Shown: piece by piece, positions 25,982-37,194 of the stretch | How positions within the stretch are numbered: position 1 is the stretch's first letter | Layout of the letters: every line of letters starts with the position of its first letter | From: Macrostomum hystrix | Taxonomy: Eukaryota; Animalia; Platyhelminthes | Reading direction: 5' to 3' | Assembly: GCA_950097015.1 (NCBI GenBank) | Contig: CATNEN010000030.1 | Span: 620,001-684,000 of the forward strand | Length of the DNA stretch: 64,000 nt | The notes under the pieces: model-generated | Told to the model about the DNA's origin: nothing | The model's database searches: none | What the model saw: the letters and a program-made list of their open reading frames with translations, nothing else | Position numbers and translations under genes: made by a program

Positions 25982-27328
25982 ATGAACGACAGGGGAGTCT
26001 CTGGAAGCGGCGGCACCAGCGGCTCTGCGCCGGCTCGCGTGCAGCCAAGCGTGGCGGCATTCTACGATTGGTCCAGCAACATCACGGGCTGCGTGCAGGT
26101 GCGTCAGTACCAGCCAGAACCAGGACCAAAGCCAACAGTACTATCAGCAGGCCTATCACAGGCATCCGGATTCGAACATGCAGCAGCTGGTCGCCTCCCG
26201 TGCAGCTGGCGGCACTGCCCAAGTGTTCCCGGTGCGCAAGCCTAGTAAGGCCACTCTGACCAAGATGCGCCAGTACTACAATCCGGGCGTCCGGCTGCTG
26301 CAGGCCGGACGGCCCGCAGATCTGGCGTGGCGCGAGGCTGAACAACTGACCAAAGGCGAGCGGCATCTGGCGCAGGCAAGGGGGGCGGGCGCCAGAACTT
26401 GTGGCGTTGCTGGAGTTGGCGCCGGCGCCGGTATAGTGTCACAGGTGTTCTCCTGGGAGGAAGAGGCCGCTGTCTCTGGAGAATCGGCATACCACCAGAT
26501 GTCCGCGAGTTCTTTCAAGGTGAAGGACGTAGTCAAGCTGCAACATTGCAAATTATTTCCGGGTTAGCTCGACTCCTAATTCGTGGAGTCGATAGGTTTT
26601 CTATGAACTTCAGCTTCATCATTTATGTGTTGCCATATTTCTTTTAGTTTGCGACCATTCAGTGCTATACCAATAGGACAGTCGTATTACTCGTGTCAAT
26701 GAGACGAAAAATAGCAATAATTAACAGTACTTCCATGGCAAACTTCAACGACCAATTCTATTTTGGACCCAAATCAAGACTCAAATCAGTTCGATTGTGA
26801 CTGTAATGTGACTGGGATCATTTTTTTCTATTTTTTCAAGCTGAGTTGGTATTAGGAACTCCAATGGGTAGTAAAGATTCTGAACACTGACAAAGTTTGA
26901 AAACTCTATTTCAGACGTCAACTCAGTCGATGACACACCAGGACCCTGTCGGCGACTGCCAGTGCAGCTACGACCCTCGCCTGTATCCAGTGTACACCTC
27001 CCGCAGCCAGGGCCCCATGTGCGTTGTTTGTAAGCGCCGTCGCCGAAATCGTCATCGCAACGCAGCCGCGACGGAGTTCAACGGTGCTGTCGACGAGGAA
27101 GACGAAGAAGCTGCGATGGCGCCGCCGAGTACGCCGCGGCCAACTGAGGCGCGCGCTGAGGTGGCAGCCGTCTGGGACGGAGAGCGGCGCGCCACCACGT
27201 TGGACATTTTTCTGCCGAACGCCGAGCGCGAGCCGGCATCACCACTGCCGCAGCCAAGAAGCGACTCGGCGCGCAGTCAGCGCACGTTGAGCAGCCCGGA
27301 CCCGCCGTCGCTGGCGGAACTGCAGTGA
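25982..27328 (+). pseudogene. GC-rich coding-like fragments of unknown identity
   Basis: Overlapping ORFs 25982-26245 and 26178-26567 plus an acceptor-preceded ORF ending 27328 (DCQC, CVVC). FYDWSS...PITGI weakly recalls C-termini of invertebrate transposase-like proteins. Confidence 0.25.
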
Positions 27329-27519
27329 CTTATAGACACTGCAGTGGCTATATTAAATATCACTCTTATTATTAAAGAGTTATCGCAGCCAACGAAACAT
27401 AATTTATAGTGATTATATTTCTCATCGCTCTAATACAAGTATATTGCTTTTTAGATTGCTTGTTGTTTTTACTAGCTGCGATAAGGCCATAATTGATTAC
27501 AGTTCATTTCGTCTTTCAT

Positions 27520-27870
27520 TGAAGAAATGGAGAGCCAGAAAATTTTATATGGAGAACTTTTTTTAATTAGTTTAAAAAAGCAATCCATATATTTCTGTTT
27601 TAGATTTATTGTCCAAAAACCTAAAGGGCTATAATAAACTAGGTAAATAAACAATTGCTTCTGTACTCAGCATAGTTGTATGCAAGAGGGGCTATCTTGA
27701 GACAAACGTTTTATACGCAGTCTCCATAATCCACAATCTGTTAACTCTATTATTCCCGAAGAGATCAAGAAAAAAGGGTACTTGCCTCTCCAAAAATCTG
27801 TACAAATTCCAAAATATGTACTTAAAAATGGGTCACTATTATTCCGAGTTGTATTCTGTCAGTATGGTAT
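27520..27870 (+). pseudogene. Possible highly degraded adenain-type cysteine protease
   Basis: Scattered, frame-broken similarity only: AIIN..., NSIIPEEIKK, FQNMYLKMGHYY, compared with the INLD...GTHW...DSFG.PP...Q...CGHYC order. Confidence 0.25.
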
Positions 27871-28148
27871 TCTAGGACAAACATCATCGCAACCTCCATA
27901 AAATTCTCAATAGAAATGTTTCCAACAGTATCTCCAGGAAATTACTATGCCAAGCACGAGCCCAATTACAAGAGTAAGTACCGAAGCAAACTAGAATGCA
28001 GCCGACCACACAATAAATGCCCGCAATATTAATCTAGCTCTCCAAAGATACTGGTACGCTCGTATCACAAGAATGGAGTAATTGTAAAAGGACTATGATA
28101 GCTACTATGACTTTGCAGAAATCATTAAGCAATCGTAAGTTTTTTCTC

Positions 28149-28800
28149 TCACATTCTCTCAATGATCAACGTCAATACAAACTCTTCAACGTTGAAATCA
28201 ACGTCAGCACCATCTTCCGTCTCAAACTGCAGCACAATCTCGAGAGTCTCCTTATCACTCAATGCAACTCTTTTCACTGGATTTGGTTTCTCTACTAGCA
28301 TCTGTCCTCCAGCAACAGAGTTTGAGATGTTGTACAAAATATTCGTTCGCTTTCCCTTAAATACCCAATCAATACTGAGATTACTTCTGATTTGAATATT
28401 CAAACCCTTTACAATGTCTGCGATTTTGGGCGCTAAGAACAGACCGCTTGCATAAAAACCGTTTTTTTCGAGCGTTTCAGACTAGATCTCACATATGCAG
28501 AAAAACATCTTACGCGTTAGACAAAACATACTTACGTAGGAGTGTATATTTTACTGTGCGCAGTTAAAACAGAGGAATAACTTCTTCTGTAATAAATCAG
28601 CTCAATAAAAAAAACTTCTCGAATAACCCTCTTAAAGCCTTCTACAGCAATTAAATTTGCAGCAATTAAGCAAGACAGCTTACTTGATTCTAAAAACACA
28701 ACTAAAAATAGTCAGACACCATTTCATAAACTACCAGGAAAATATTCTCCAGAAATTCTAGCTAACTCTGAATTCGTTCGCTTCCTTAATTTACCAGGAG
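28149..28800 (-). pseudogene. Polinton minor capsid (penton)-like protein, middle and C-terminal part
   Basis: DIVKGLNIQIRSNL...GKRTNILYNISNSVAGGQMLVEKPNPV...EDGADVDFNVEEFVLTLII matches the remembered Polinton penton C-terminus. Frame-broken NEFRVS and PGSYE motifs lie upstream. Confidence 0.7.
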
Positions 28801-29103
28801 AGCTAGAAGAGGACACAACGAGAAGAGCCACTGATCCATATTTTAGTCTTGATGTACATAAGATAGACAGGCATTTCACATCAGCATCGGGTGATTACTA
28901 TTTTCAATCCCAAGCCTTTAATCCAAAAGCCCCCACACGATCATCCACTAGGGCTGAGCTTCTAGTGATTCCACATGATACAGAAATAAATGTAAGAGTT
29001 TAAAATTAAATAATTGAAACCAAAACAGTGAATAAACTCAGCAGAATTATCGACTCTAAGAAACCCGGTGTTGCGACAATTAAAGGTACGAAAGTGAAAG
29101 TAG

Positions 29104-29493
29104 ATCCAATCCAACATCAAATCCATTGTAACAATCAAACATTGTTACAATGTCACTGATGAGAAGACAGGCGGGATTCTTCCTTTGCTTACACTTATCC
29201 CCATCATCGCAGGTGCGCTTGGTGCTGCAGGAGGTGTAGCATCAGCTTTGAAGGCTGACAATGACAGAGCACATCAACGAGAGATGGAGAAAATCTTCGC
29301 TAGAGAAAAAAGAGTGAGAATCGGGGAAGTAATGGGTAGTTGTGAATCTGTTGATGAATCAGTTGATGAATCAGTTGACACTTCAGTCAGCAAATCAGAA
29401 ATAATTAAAGCTATCATGCTGCATAAAGCAGATTCACTATACTCCGTATGTGAAAATAGAACAGAACAGAATCTGCTTCTAATTACATGCTAG
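29104..29493 (+). CDS. Adenovirus pX/mu-like small core protein of Polintons
   Basis: In frame: EKTGG-ILPLLTLIPIIAGALGAAGGVASALKA, then a helical HQREMEK segment. The start is lost or frameshifted. Confidence 0.7.
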   Translation: MQSNIKSIVTIKHCYNVTDEKTGGILPLLTLIPIIAGALGAAGGVASALKADNDRAHQREMEKIFAREKRVRIGEVMGSCESVDESVDESVDTSVSKSEIIKAIMLHKADSLYSVCENRTEQNLLLITC

Positions 29494-29699
29494 CTTTAAT
29501 TCCTCATACTTTACACATCACTTGAAAGTGACCACCCTATAGTTTTTGTTTATTTTTACCTGAAGCAAATCCTGAAAAAATTGTCGAATATTTCTTTCAA
29601 AATAATTATCCTCAAGCTCAAGCGTTTCAACATAGAAGTCAAGTCCTGCTGTGTCAACAGAAATTCAATACAGATTTAGGCTACCTCGGGAGCTGTGCA

Positions 29700-32600
29700 A
29701 TGCAGCAAGAAATTATTAAACAGCTTCAGTCTTCAGAACAGTGCACACCGGTGAAGAAGCCGGCGACTGAACACCAACAAAACAAGCAGGAACAGGAAGA
29801 TCTTGAACGTACAATCCGCCAGGTTGAGTCAGAACTACAAACTGAAGACATTAAATTTGCATTAACATACATTTACGGCTACAATACTGGAGAAATCACA
29901 GACCCCGCTAATTCCCAACCCACTCTGATTCCCTTACGGACATTTACGACTTCAAAGACAGAATCCAATCAGTAATTGGTCACACACTGGAGTCACGTAA
30001 GACCTTCAAAATTCAGTTATCATTCAAGATTGAGTTTTAAATGACCACGAAACCCATTGAGCGTCTTGAATACTACTTCTAATACATTAATACATTAATA
30101 CATTAATACTAAAGCTCTACCCTTTACTCCCACTGACACACAGGATCCATTTCTTCAAGAGATCAGTAAAAAGATTGACGCCTTCACAGCCAGAGGATCA
30201 GGTTGGGTTGTTCAGGAATTAGTAATGATCATAATATTTGACCCTCTCAAAGCCTCATCAAAGAGCTCCCGCCAATCCTAGCAAATAAAAAGGCTTGTAT
30301 TAATGTGAAAAATTATGACCAATGCTGCGCCTTATGGGCCGTTCTCTCTGCCATATGGTATGAGAAAGATCGAGCCCACCCAGAGAGAACTTCCTATTAT
30401 GAAATTTATTTTGGCGCAAAACTTCAGGAATGTGATAAAAAAGGAATTTCCTTCAATAGAGGCGGCCTGGCAATTGATCAAATCCCAAAGCTAGAGGAAG
30501 TATTTAATTATAAAATCAAAATCACTGTCTTTGAATGGAATGAGAAGAGCGAAAAAGTGCAAATAGTCAGAGCTAGCAAGAATTATGAGATAAAGGATAG
30601 ATCCTGAAGGTTGGCGTCGCATAGATGTCGATCTTCTAATCAAACTTCAAGAAAATGCCCACTACGTCTGGATCAAAGATCTTTCCAGGCTCCTCCACAA
30701 GCAAATTAACAATCATCATGAACCGGTAGCAATCTGCCGTCTTTGTCTGAAGCATTATAGTGGACCCGATCGTGTTGAAAAACTTAAAGTGCATGAATTG
30801 ACCTGTGAAGATCATCCAACCAACTGCCACTTCCAAAGGTTGATGATAACAACAACAACAACAACAAAATACGCTGTCAGATGGAAAAAAGCAGCGTCCA
30901 GTGCACGCAGGGACTACTAAAACACTAAAACTACTAAGAGTGTTTTAGTAGTCCCTGAGTGCACGCTTCAGAGCCTGGGCGCGAACAAAGGCCGCACCGC
31001 CGGCAGTGTCCGGGGCGCCAGCATCGGCCAGCAGGCAGTCGACGAAACACAGAGTTCGGGCCTGGCCGCGCCGGTAGGGTGCCTGCAGCGTTAGCAGCAG
31101 CACCTCCTGCACCGGCTGCGGGCAGTAGGACTCGGCGCGGATGATATGGCCTGCCAGCTGGAGTCGCCGAAGTCGCAGCCGTTCACTTACACGGGCCAGG
31201 CCGGCGCGGCGATAGAGTGCCGCGTTAGTGATCCGCTCGTCGCTGATCTTAAAGGCGGCGCGCAGCAGGCCAGCGTGCGCCGCATTGACTTGCTGCTCGA
31301 GCGAATCCGTCAGCGTCCAGGTCTCGGCGTTGTACAACAGGACGTTCTCGACCACCGCCTGGAACAACGCCGCCCTCTGGCGATCAGGTAGGGCCTCGGA
31401 CTGCAGGACCGCCCTCACAGAACGAAAGGCAGCCCAAGCGTACCGGCGGCGACGCCGCAGATCTTCGCGGACGTCTGGTACCAGACCACCGAGGTAGACG
31501 AACTGCTGACAGCGTGGAAGCTCCGTTACCTGCCCGTCAGCGCCTCGGCAGAAAATTGCGGCCTCGATGTCGCCCGGCACGCAGAGCACAACGGTCTTCT
31601 TCGTGTTGACCAACAGGCCGACACTCGCTGCAGTGCTAACCAGCTTGTCCAGCTGGCGCTGAGCGCCCTCTACGGTAGAGGACAGCAGGGCGAGGTCATC
31701 GGCGTAGCCAAGCACGCTGAGCCGTTTCTCCGGTTGACGTCGACCCACGCGTCGCCGCAGTAGGAAGCCGTCTTCGTCGGTAGGAAGAGCAGTTCGTAGC
31801 ACCCAGTCAAGCACCAGACTATGATAATAAGTATCTCAGATTTAAGAGTTATCACAAGAAAAAGAAGCTACCGTTTATGGTATACGCTGCCTTCGAATGC
31901 ACTATAAACCCTGAAACCAAAAAGCATGTCCCAAATTCTGTTGCGCATCTCTTTATTGGAAGAGACTCTTATATTTTCTCAAAAAATTTATTAGGTGACC
32001 ACTGTATTGAACAATTCCTTTAGATGATGATGGAATTACAGAAAAATATTGCCGCCATTCAGCCTGTTCCAATAACTGTCCGATCAATATGAAATGAACT
32101 TCATATCTGCAACTCATTGTTACATCTGCCAAAAGCTATTAACACTCTGCGATGAAAAAAACTACACGGTCAGAGACCACGACCACTTCACATGAAAAAT
32201 TAGAGGGGAAGCTCATAACACCTGTAATCTGAAACTAAGGAAAAACATCCACGACCTTACTGTTTTCTTTCATAGCGGAAGGGGGTATGATTACCATTTT
32301 TTGATTGAGAAGCTGGGTACCAGATACCAGACATTAAACTAGAATGCATCGCAGAGAACAAAGAAAAGTTCAAGTGCATTGATATTAAATCTGCTTCAGG
32401 CAAGATTAAGATCAAAGATTCATTCCAGTTTCTGGCCCCAAGTCTCGATGCTTTGAGTAAAAATCTCACCGATGACAAATGCACTTAAACCAAGTTACTT
32501 GCCGCTTCCCTAACCCCTAACCCGGAGTCGATTAAATTTCTTAGAAAGAAAGGTTTCTACCCCGATGAATGGGTGACAGGTAATCATGTCTTTGCCACCC

Positions 32601-34137
32601 AATTACCGCCCAAAGACAAGTTCTTTTCAAGGCTAATAAACTCTGGGGTTTCTGATGAAGATTATGAGCATGCTCAGACAAATATTTTAATTGTCAAAAC
32701 TTTTTTACTTATCACATCATTTATCTTTTAACTGATGTCGTTCTTCTAGCTGATGTATTTGAAAAATTCAGAAAGACCTGGTACTCTGCTTATGGTCATG
32801 CAGACCCCGCTCATTGTGTGTCTTTGCCTGCTACCAGTTGGGAATCCTTGCTTAAAATGAAATGGGATCAAAATCCGGACTGGTGCATTGAGCTGCTTAC
32901 AGACATAGACATGTACAACTTTATAGATTCATCTAAGAGAGGTGGCATCTCTATTTGTGTCCATAGGTATGCAAAGGCGAACAATCCGTATCTAGAAGAC
33001 TATAACAAAGAGTATAACTATCCATCAACTATATACTTTACTTGGATGCCAACAACCTCTATGGTTGGGCTATGAGCCAAGATTTACCTGTTAGAGATTT
33101 CCAGTGGCTAACAGAATACAACACAGACTTTTCAATACCTGCGATCTATGAAGTTGATGTTCAAATCCGATGGGAACTTCACGACTATTTCTCTGACTTT
33201 GCTCCCTTCCATTAACTGCCCAAAGAAAATCCAGAATGATGATGGAAGCTGGCGGCTATGTACTGAAGTAGAGCGATACATAGAAAAAAACACCCGGTTT
33301 AGAACTAAAGCAACAAACAGCTTTGACAAGGACCTGTTCAAGCTTGCAAACAACTCTCTGTCTATGGTAAGACCCTAGAAAACGAACGCAACCGCACGAA
33401 CCTGAAACTCGTTACCCGTTATGAGCCTGGTGTCATTCAGACCAGTATCTCTAAGCCTACTTTAATTATTACTTAGGCGCAGTCTTGTTTTATAAAACCG
33501 AAACAACCCTCTGCAAGCTGATATTCACAGGTGTGACTGTACTTGACGAATCAAAGCGCATGGTGTTTAAATTCTTCTATGATAGGAGGCGGCAATATGG
33601 GGACAGAATAAGACTTCTTTACACTAACACTGACTCCCTAATTCTAAACATACAGACTGAGAATGTCTATCAGGCCATGTTGAAGGAAAAACATCTGTAT
33701 GACCTATCCGAATATCCTGATTCATTCAAGACTCTAAAGGGGGATCAAGTGTTTGACCCAACCAATAAGAAAGTTAAAGGAAGTTTCTTTACTTAGAAAG
33801 ATAAAGGATGAAACGGCTGGTACCCTCATTACAGAGTTTATCGGTTTGAGATCCAAGTCCTACTTTGTAAAAAGTGACCAGCATTAAATTAAAAAGTCAA
33901 GGGGAATTCCGAAGCACGTTGTCAGGAATGAGCTGAATGAAGCTTCATACAAGGACGCATTGCTTTATAATAAACGCACAACCCATTAATTAGTGAAACT
34001 GTAGTCTAAGGACGCAACACAACATTCACACAATTCAACAGAAGAAGATTGGTCCATCAGGTGCCGATAACAAACGACATATCTTTGATGACAATGTCTC
34101 TAGTCTACCATTCGGACATTATACTAGTCAAATTTGA
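29700..34137 (+). pseudogene. Protein-primed family B DNA polymerase (pPolB), disrupted
   Basis: Motifs in order: GSGW, INVKNYDQCCALWAVL, HYVWIKDLSRLL, ICRLC; [RTE insertion]; LRFKSYHK...VYAAFEC, VRDHDHFT...GEAHNTCNL, GYDYHFL, IKDSFQFL, KKGFYP, TDVVLLADVFEKFR, RGGIS, YLDANNLYGWAM, KLANNS/YGKTLEN, YTNTDS, FIGLRSKSY, LPFGHY. Many stops and frameshifts. Confidence 0.93.
30850..31820 (-). mobile_element. 5'-truncated RTE-clade LINE inserted in pPolB
   Basis: Uninterrupted RT C-terminal ORF 30945-31814 (LSVLGYADDLALL, QFVYLG, LLYNAETWTL, RRLQLAGHI). It has a (TTG)n tail on the sense strand and TSD ATGATAA at 30843-30849 and 31821-31827. Confidence 0.92.
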
Positions 34138-34149
34138 AACCACTTCCCT

Positions 34150-34475
34150 TTTTAATGCTAGCTCTGCAGGATCCACACTGTCTGGATTTGGAGCAAGTGG
34201 TTGAATCTCTGAGAGTGTTTTCTTTCAGTTACAGTATCCTTTATCTTTTTAGCCGCAGTAACAACACTGCCAGCTGATTCTGCTACATTCTTAATTTTGT
34301 CTTTGTTCTCACTAATAACTTAAACGATCCGAGCACCCTGTGCAGTTATATCAGCAAGACCATTACCTGAGCGTTCTTTCCTCGGCCAGTGGCCTGCTGG
34401 GAAAAGTCCAAATCCACGCTTAATTAGATTAAGTTCATAGTACTTGTCAACGTCTTTTTCGAAAATAATTGGCAT
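34150..34475 (-). pseudogene. Small Polinton accessory/core-like ORF, disrupted
   Basis: MPIIFEKDVDKYYELNLIKRG...SGNGLADI...VAESAGSVVTAAKKIK; broken by a stop or frameshift. Confidence 0.3.
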
Positions 34476-34660
34476 TTTTTATTAAAGAAAATAAATTTTT
34501 GTTAAAACGTGACAGTAGAAGTTCTCTTGCTCTCTTGTCAATGTACTTCTTTTCTTACATTTTATCCAGGATATGAACAAATTCTTTCCTATTCTCATCC
34601 TTCATGCCAGTCTTCGCTGCTCCAAGAAGAACAGCCACTCGCTTATAGATGTTTGGGGTG

Positions 34661-35074
34661 TTAATGATTCCTGTTCCAGATTTTGGAGGCACTGATTGGC
34701 CTGCAGGGGATTGAAATGATTGGTCTGAAGATTGATCTGTGGATGAAGGTGAATAGTTTTGTGGTGTCGGTCATTGGTATCGGTATAAATAATTTGTCCG
34801 TGATGCGCTTCATTCGCTCCGGTGAGAAGTTCTCCAGTGTTCGCCATGCATCTGGGTAATCTGTTTTGTATTTTACCGCTAGATGTGGTTCTGCTCTCTC
34901 GAGTTCAGCAAGTACTTGTTCTGGTGATTCGGGTTGCTGCTGTGGTGGTTGTTGCTGTTGTTTTTGTTCTAGATACTCGTATTTCATGACTTCCATCTGA
35001 TATGGCAAACCGAACCATTGATTAAAGTGCTTGTACTTTTTTAATCTAGTCAGGTTGACATCGTTGTCGTACAA
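34661..35074 (-). CDS. Hypothetical Polinton protein (Gln/Pro-rich)
   Basis: 137-aa ORF inside the viral block; no motif recognised. Confidence 0.35.
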   Translation of the reverse strand: MYDNDVNLTRLKKYKHFNQWFGLPYQMEVMKYEYLEQKQQQQPPQQQPESPEQVLAELERAEPHLAVKYKTDYPDAWRTLENFSPERMKRITDKLFIPIPMTDTTKLFTFIHRSIFRPIISIPCRPISASKIWNRNH

Positions 35075-35079
35075 TTATA

Positions 35080-35641
35080 TTCAGAATTTTTGAGACCTTT
35101 AGTATTTTTATATCTCTAGCAAGAGCAAAAGTCACTAGATCTCTGTAGTTCTTTAGTTGCTTCTCGGATATTTTCTCTTGGTTCTTAGTCATAAAAGTCA
35201 GTAAGTTTCTTGTGAGCCTTTGACAGAAATTCAGTTTTTATTTATGTCGAGGTGGTAATCCACAGGTTCATTATAAGTGTTTTTTATCCATATACTAATC
35301 CCAAAAACATATTTCCCCTCATGTTCTACTGGTCCAAAAATGATATCCGTCGCTTTTAGTTGTGATTGTTGTGATTCTGGTGGTTGCGGCTGTATCTGAG
35401 GTGCTTCTGGAATTTTATCCAAAGCCTTTTGCACCTGGGTTTCCTGTATGTCATCAATAGTTTCTTTGACTTGATCAGTATTTTTCTTAGCTTCTCCATA
35501 CCCGGGTTTATGAAACTCTGTGGCTGCTTGGACAAACTCATTGTAGGATTGTTGCTCCTTATTGATTAGCCCGGTAACTCTCTTTTCTGCTTGTGCTAGC
35601 TTCTCCAATTCAGATATTTTGTGCGCATTTTTTCTCTTCAT
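35080..35641 (-). pseudogene. Conserved Polinton accessory protein (coiled-coil followed by 'FG...GKY..G' and 'G....L...KN......L.NY' motifs)
   Basis: DIIFGPVEHEGKYVFG, then after a frameshift GSQETY*LFMTKNQEKISEKQLKNYRDLV. This resembles a recurrent Maverick ORF. Confidence 0.5.
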
Positions 35642-35667
35642 TTCTTTTTTTATTTTTTAGTTAAAAA

Positions 35668-36928
35668 ATGAACGATCCACTGACACCAGTTTTATACAAA
35701 ATTAACAAGCCTATTTTGAGTGATAATAGCACAATCAAAGCGACTCAGGTAAGAGTTCCCAGTCAGGAAAATCAGAATGAAACTAATCTTGGTCCTGGTC
35801 AAACACTAACATTTACCTACAATGGATGCTCGTCGCTGGTTAGTGTGCAGTCTTAAGAGCGGCTTCCATATGACATTTCAGTTCAAAACAAAAGGAGGTG
35901 CGGATGCAGCTTGTGCTAACGTTGACAAGCATGATGCAGATGTGGCTCTGATCAGTAACTTTTGGGCGTACATGTTCAAGGAGTTTAGTGTATTGAATGG
36001 GAGCACAGAGTTGGAGCGAATCGCCAACTTTGGAATTGTCTATGACGCTCATTGTTTGATCGAGAATCTTGATTTTATTCAGTTGGGAAGTGGTGCAGGT
36101 TTCATTGCAGATGAAAAAGAAGGAGATCTCAATGACAGTGGCTATAAAAAGAGGAAGAAGAGATACAACTATGCATTGCAAGGTGCTGATGATGCTGCTA
36201 AGAACCCGCTGTATCGGTCTGTTGATGTATTCGTACCACTGAGATTTATGAGTGGATTCTGTAATACATTTAATCGACTGATTAGTAACTTCAGCTACAC
36301 CTTTAAGATGACAATAGAGATGATCGCAGTAGAGTGTTGTGGACTGGGGCGGACCACACTAGGATGGATGGAATCGAGCTGTATTTGGAAGTCATTGAGC
36401 CTAAGACCGCACTAAAAGCGGAATATCTCAAGGCAATAGAGAAGGACATTGATGTTGCTTACACGGCCTACATGTGTCGAGATGATCGAAACGAAACTAG
36501 AACAAACATCATTAAAGAGGGATCATGCAGCAATCCAAGGTATATAATTATTATTAACATGAGAAACCCAAATAGTTTATACACTACATGCATGGAAACG
36601 TGCGGTCCATTCAGCATGAAATCAATGATAATCTTTACCCTGCATGCCATAAAATGGAAATTTCAGTCAGAACAAGATTATCAAATTTTACAGTGAGTTG
36701 GTCGACTCGGCTGTGAAAGAGAACAATGGAATTGCTATCACAGCTCTACAATATGGAACTCTATATCCGATGTTTGGTGCTGATGTGTCTGCCTACTGAT
36801 AACAGCAGCCCTGTGAATATCGTGAAATTGAGAGGACTGCCGCAACACCCATGGACCTGTACATTATCTACGCATTTGAGAGGAAGGTGAAGCTTAACAT
36901 GATCAACAATTCATCTAGTAAAGTTTAA
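35668..36928 (+). pseudogene. Polinton major capsid protein (double jelly-roll, hexon-like), frameshifted
   Basis: DNSTIK...NL.PG..., VALISNFWAYMFKEF...NGSTELE, VFVPLRFMSGFCNTFNRLI, NPRYIII, LYPMFGADVS and LYIIYAFERKVKLNMINN follow the Polinton MCP motif order. Split across three or more frames. Confidence 0.82.
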
Positions 36929-36951
36929 ATATATTTGCTCGGGGGTAAAAA

Positions 36952-37194
36952 ATGCAAGCGATTGCTGAAAGACTAAATAATTTTTTTTCTTACTCTAAGG
37001 AGAGCATTTCTATTACAAAAACTGGGCGAATTAATGACCGAAGCGGGATGTTTGTTGAAAAATTAGAGCAGCTGATTCTTTTGGATCCAAGTGCTAATTA
37101 CCATGTGTATCTTAACGATTTCGTAGAAAGTTTCGAGAAAACTTTTCGTAGGCAACTTTCGCACACTCGAAAACGCGCGATGGATAGAACTTGA
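36952..37194 (+). pseudogene. Penton-like N-terminal fragment directly after MCP
   Basis: ESISITKTG...FVEKLEQLILLDPSANYHVYLNDF resembles the 'F.PPI.LD...YE.AL..' start of Polinton pentons. Confidence 0.5.

Noticed and set aside
28597-29002. ~135-codon ATG-less open frame on + inside the viral block
   Set aside because: No start codon or recognisable motif, and it overlaps penton-like similarity on the opposite strand. It cannot be supported as a gene.
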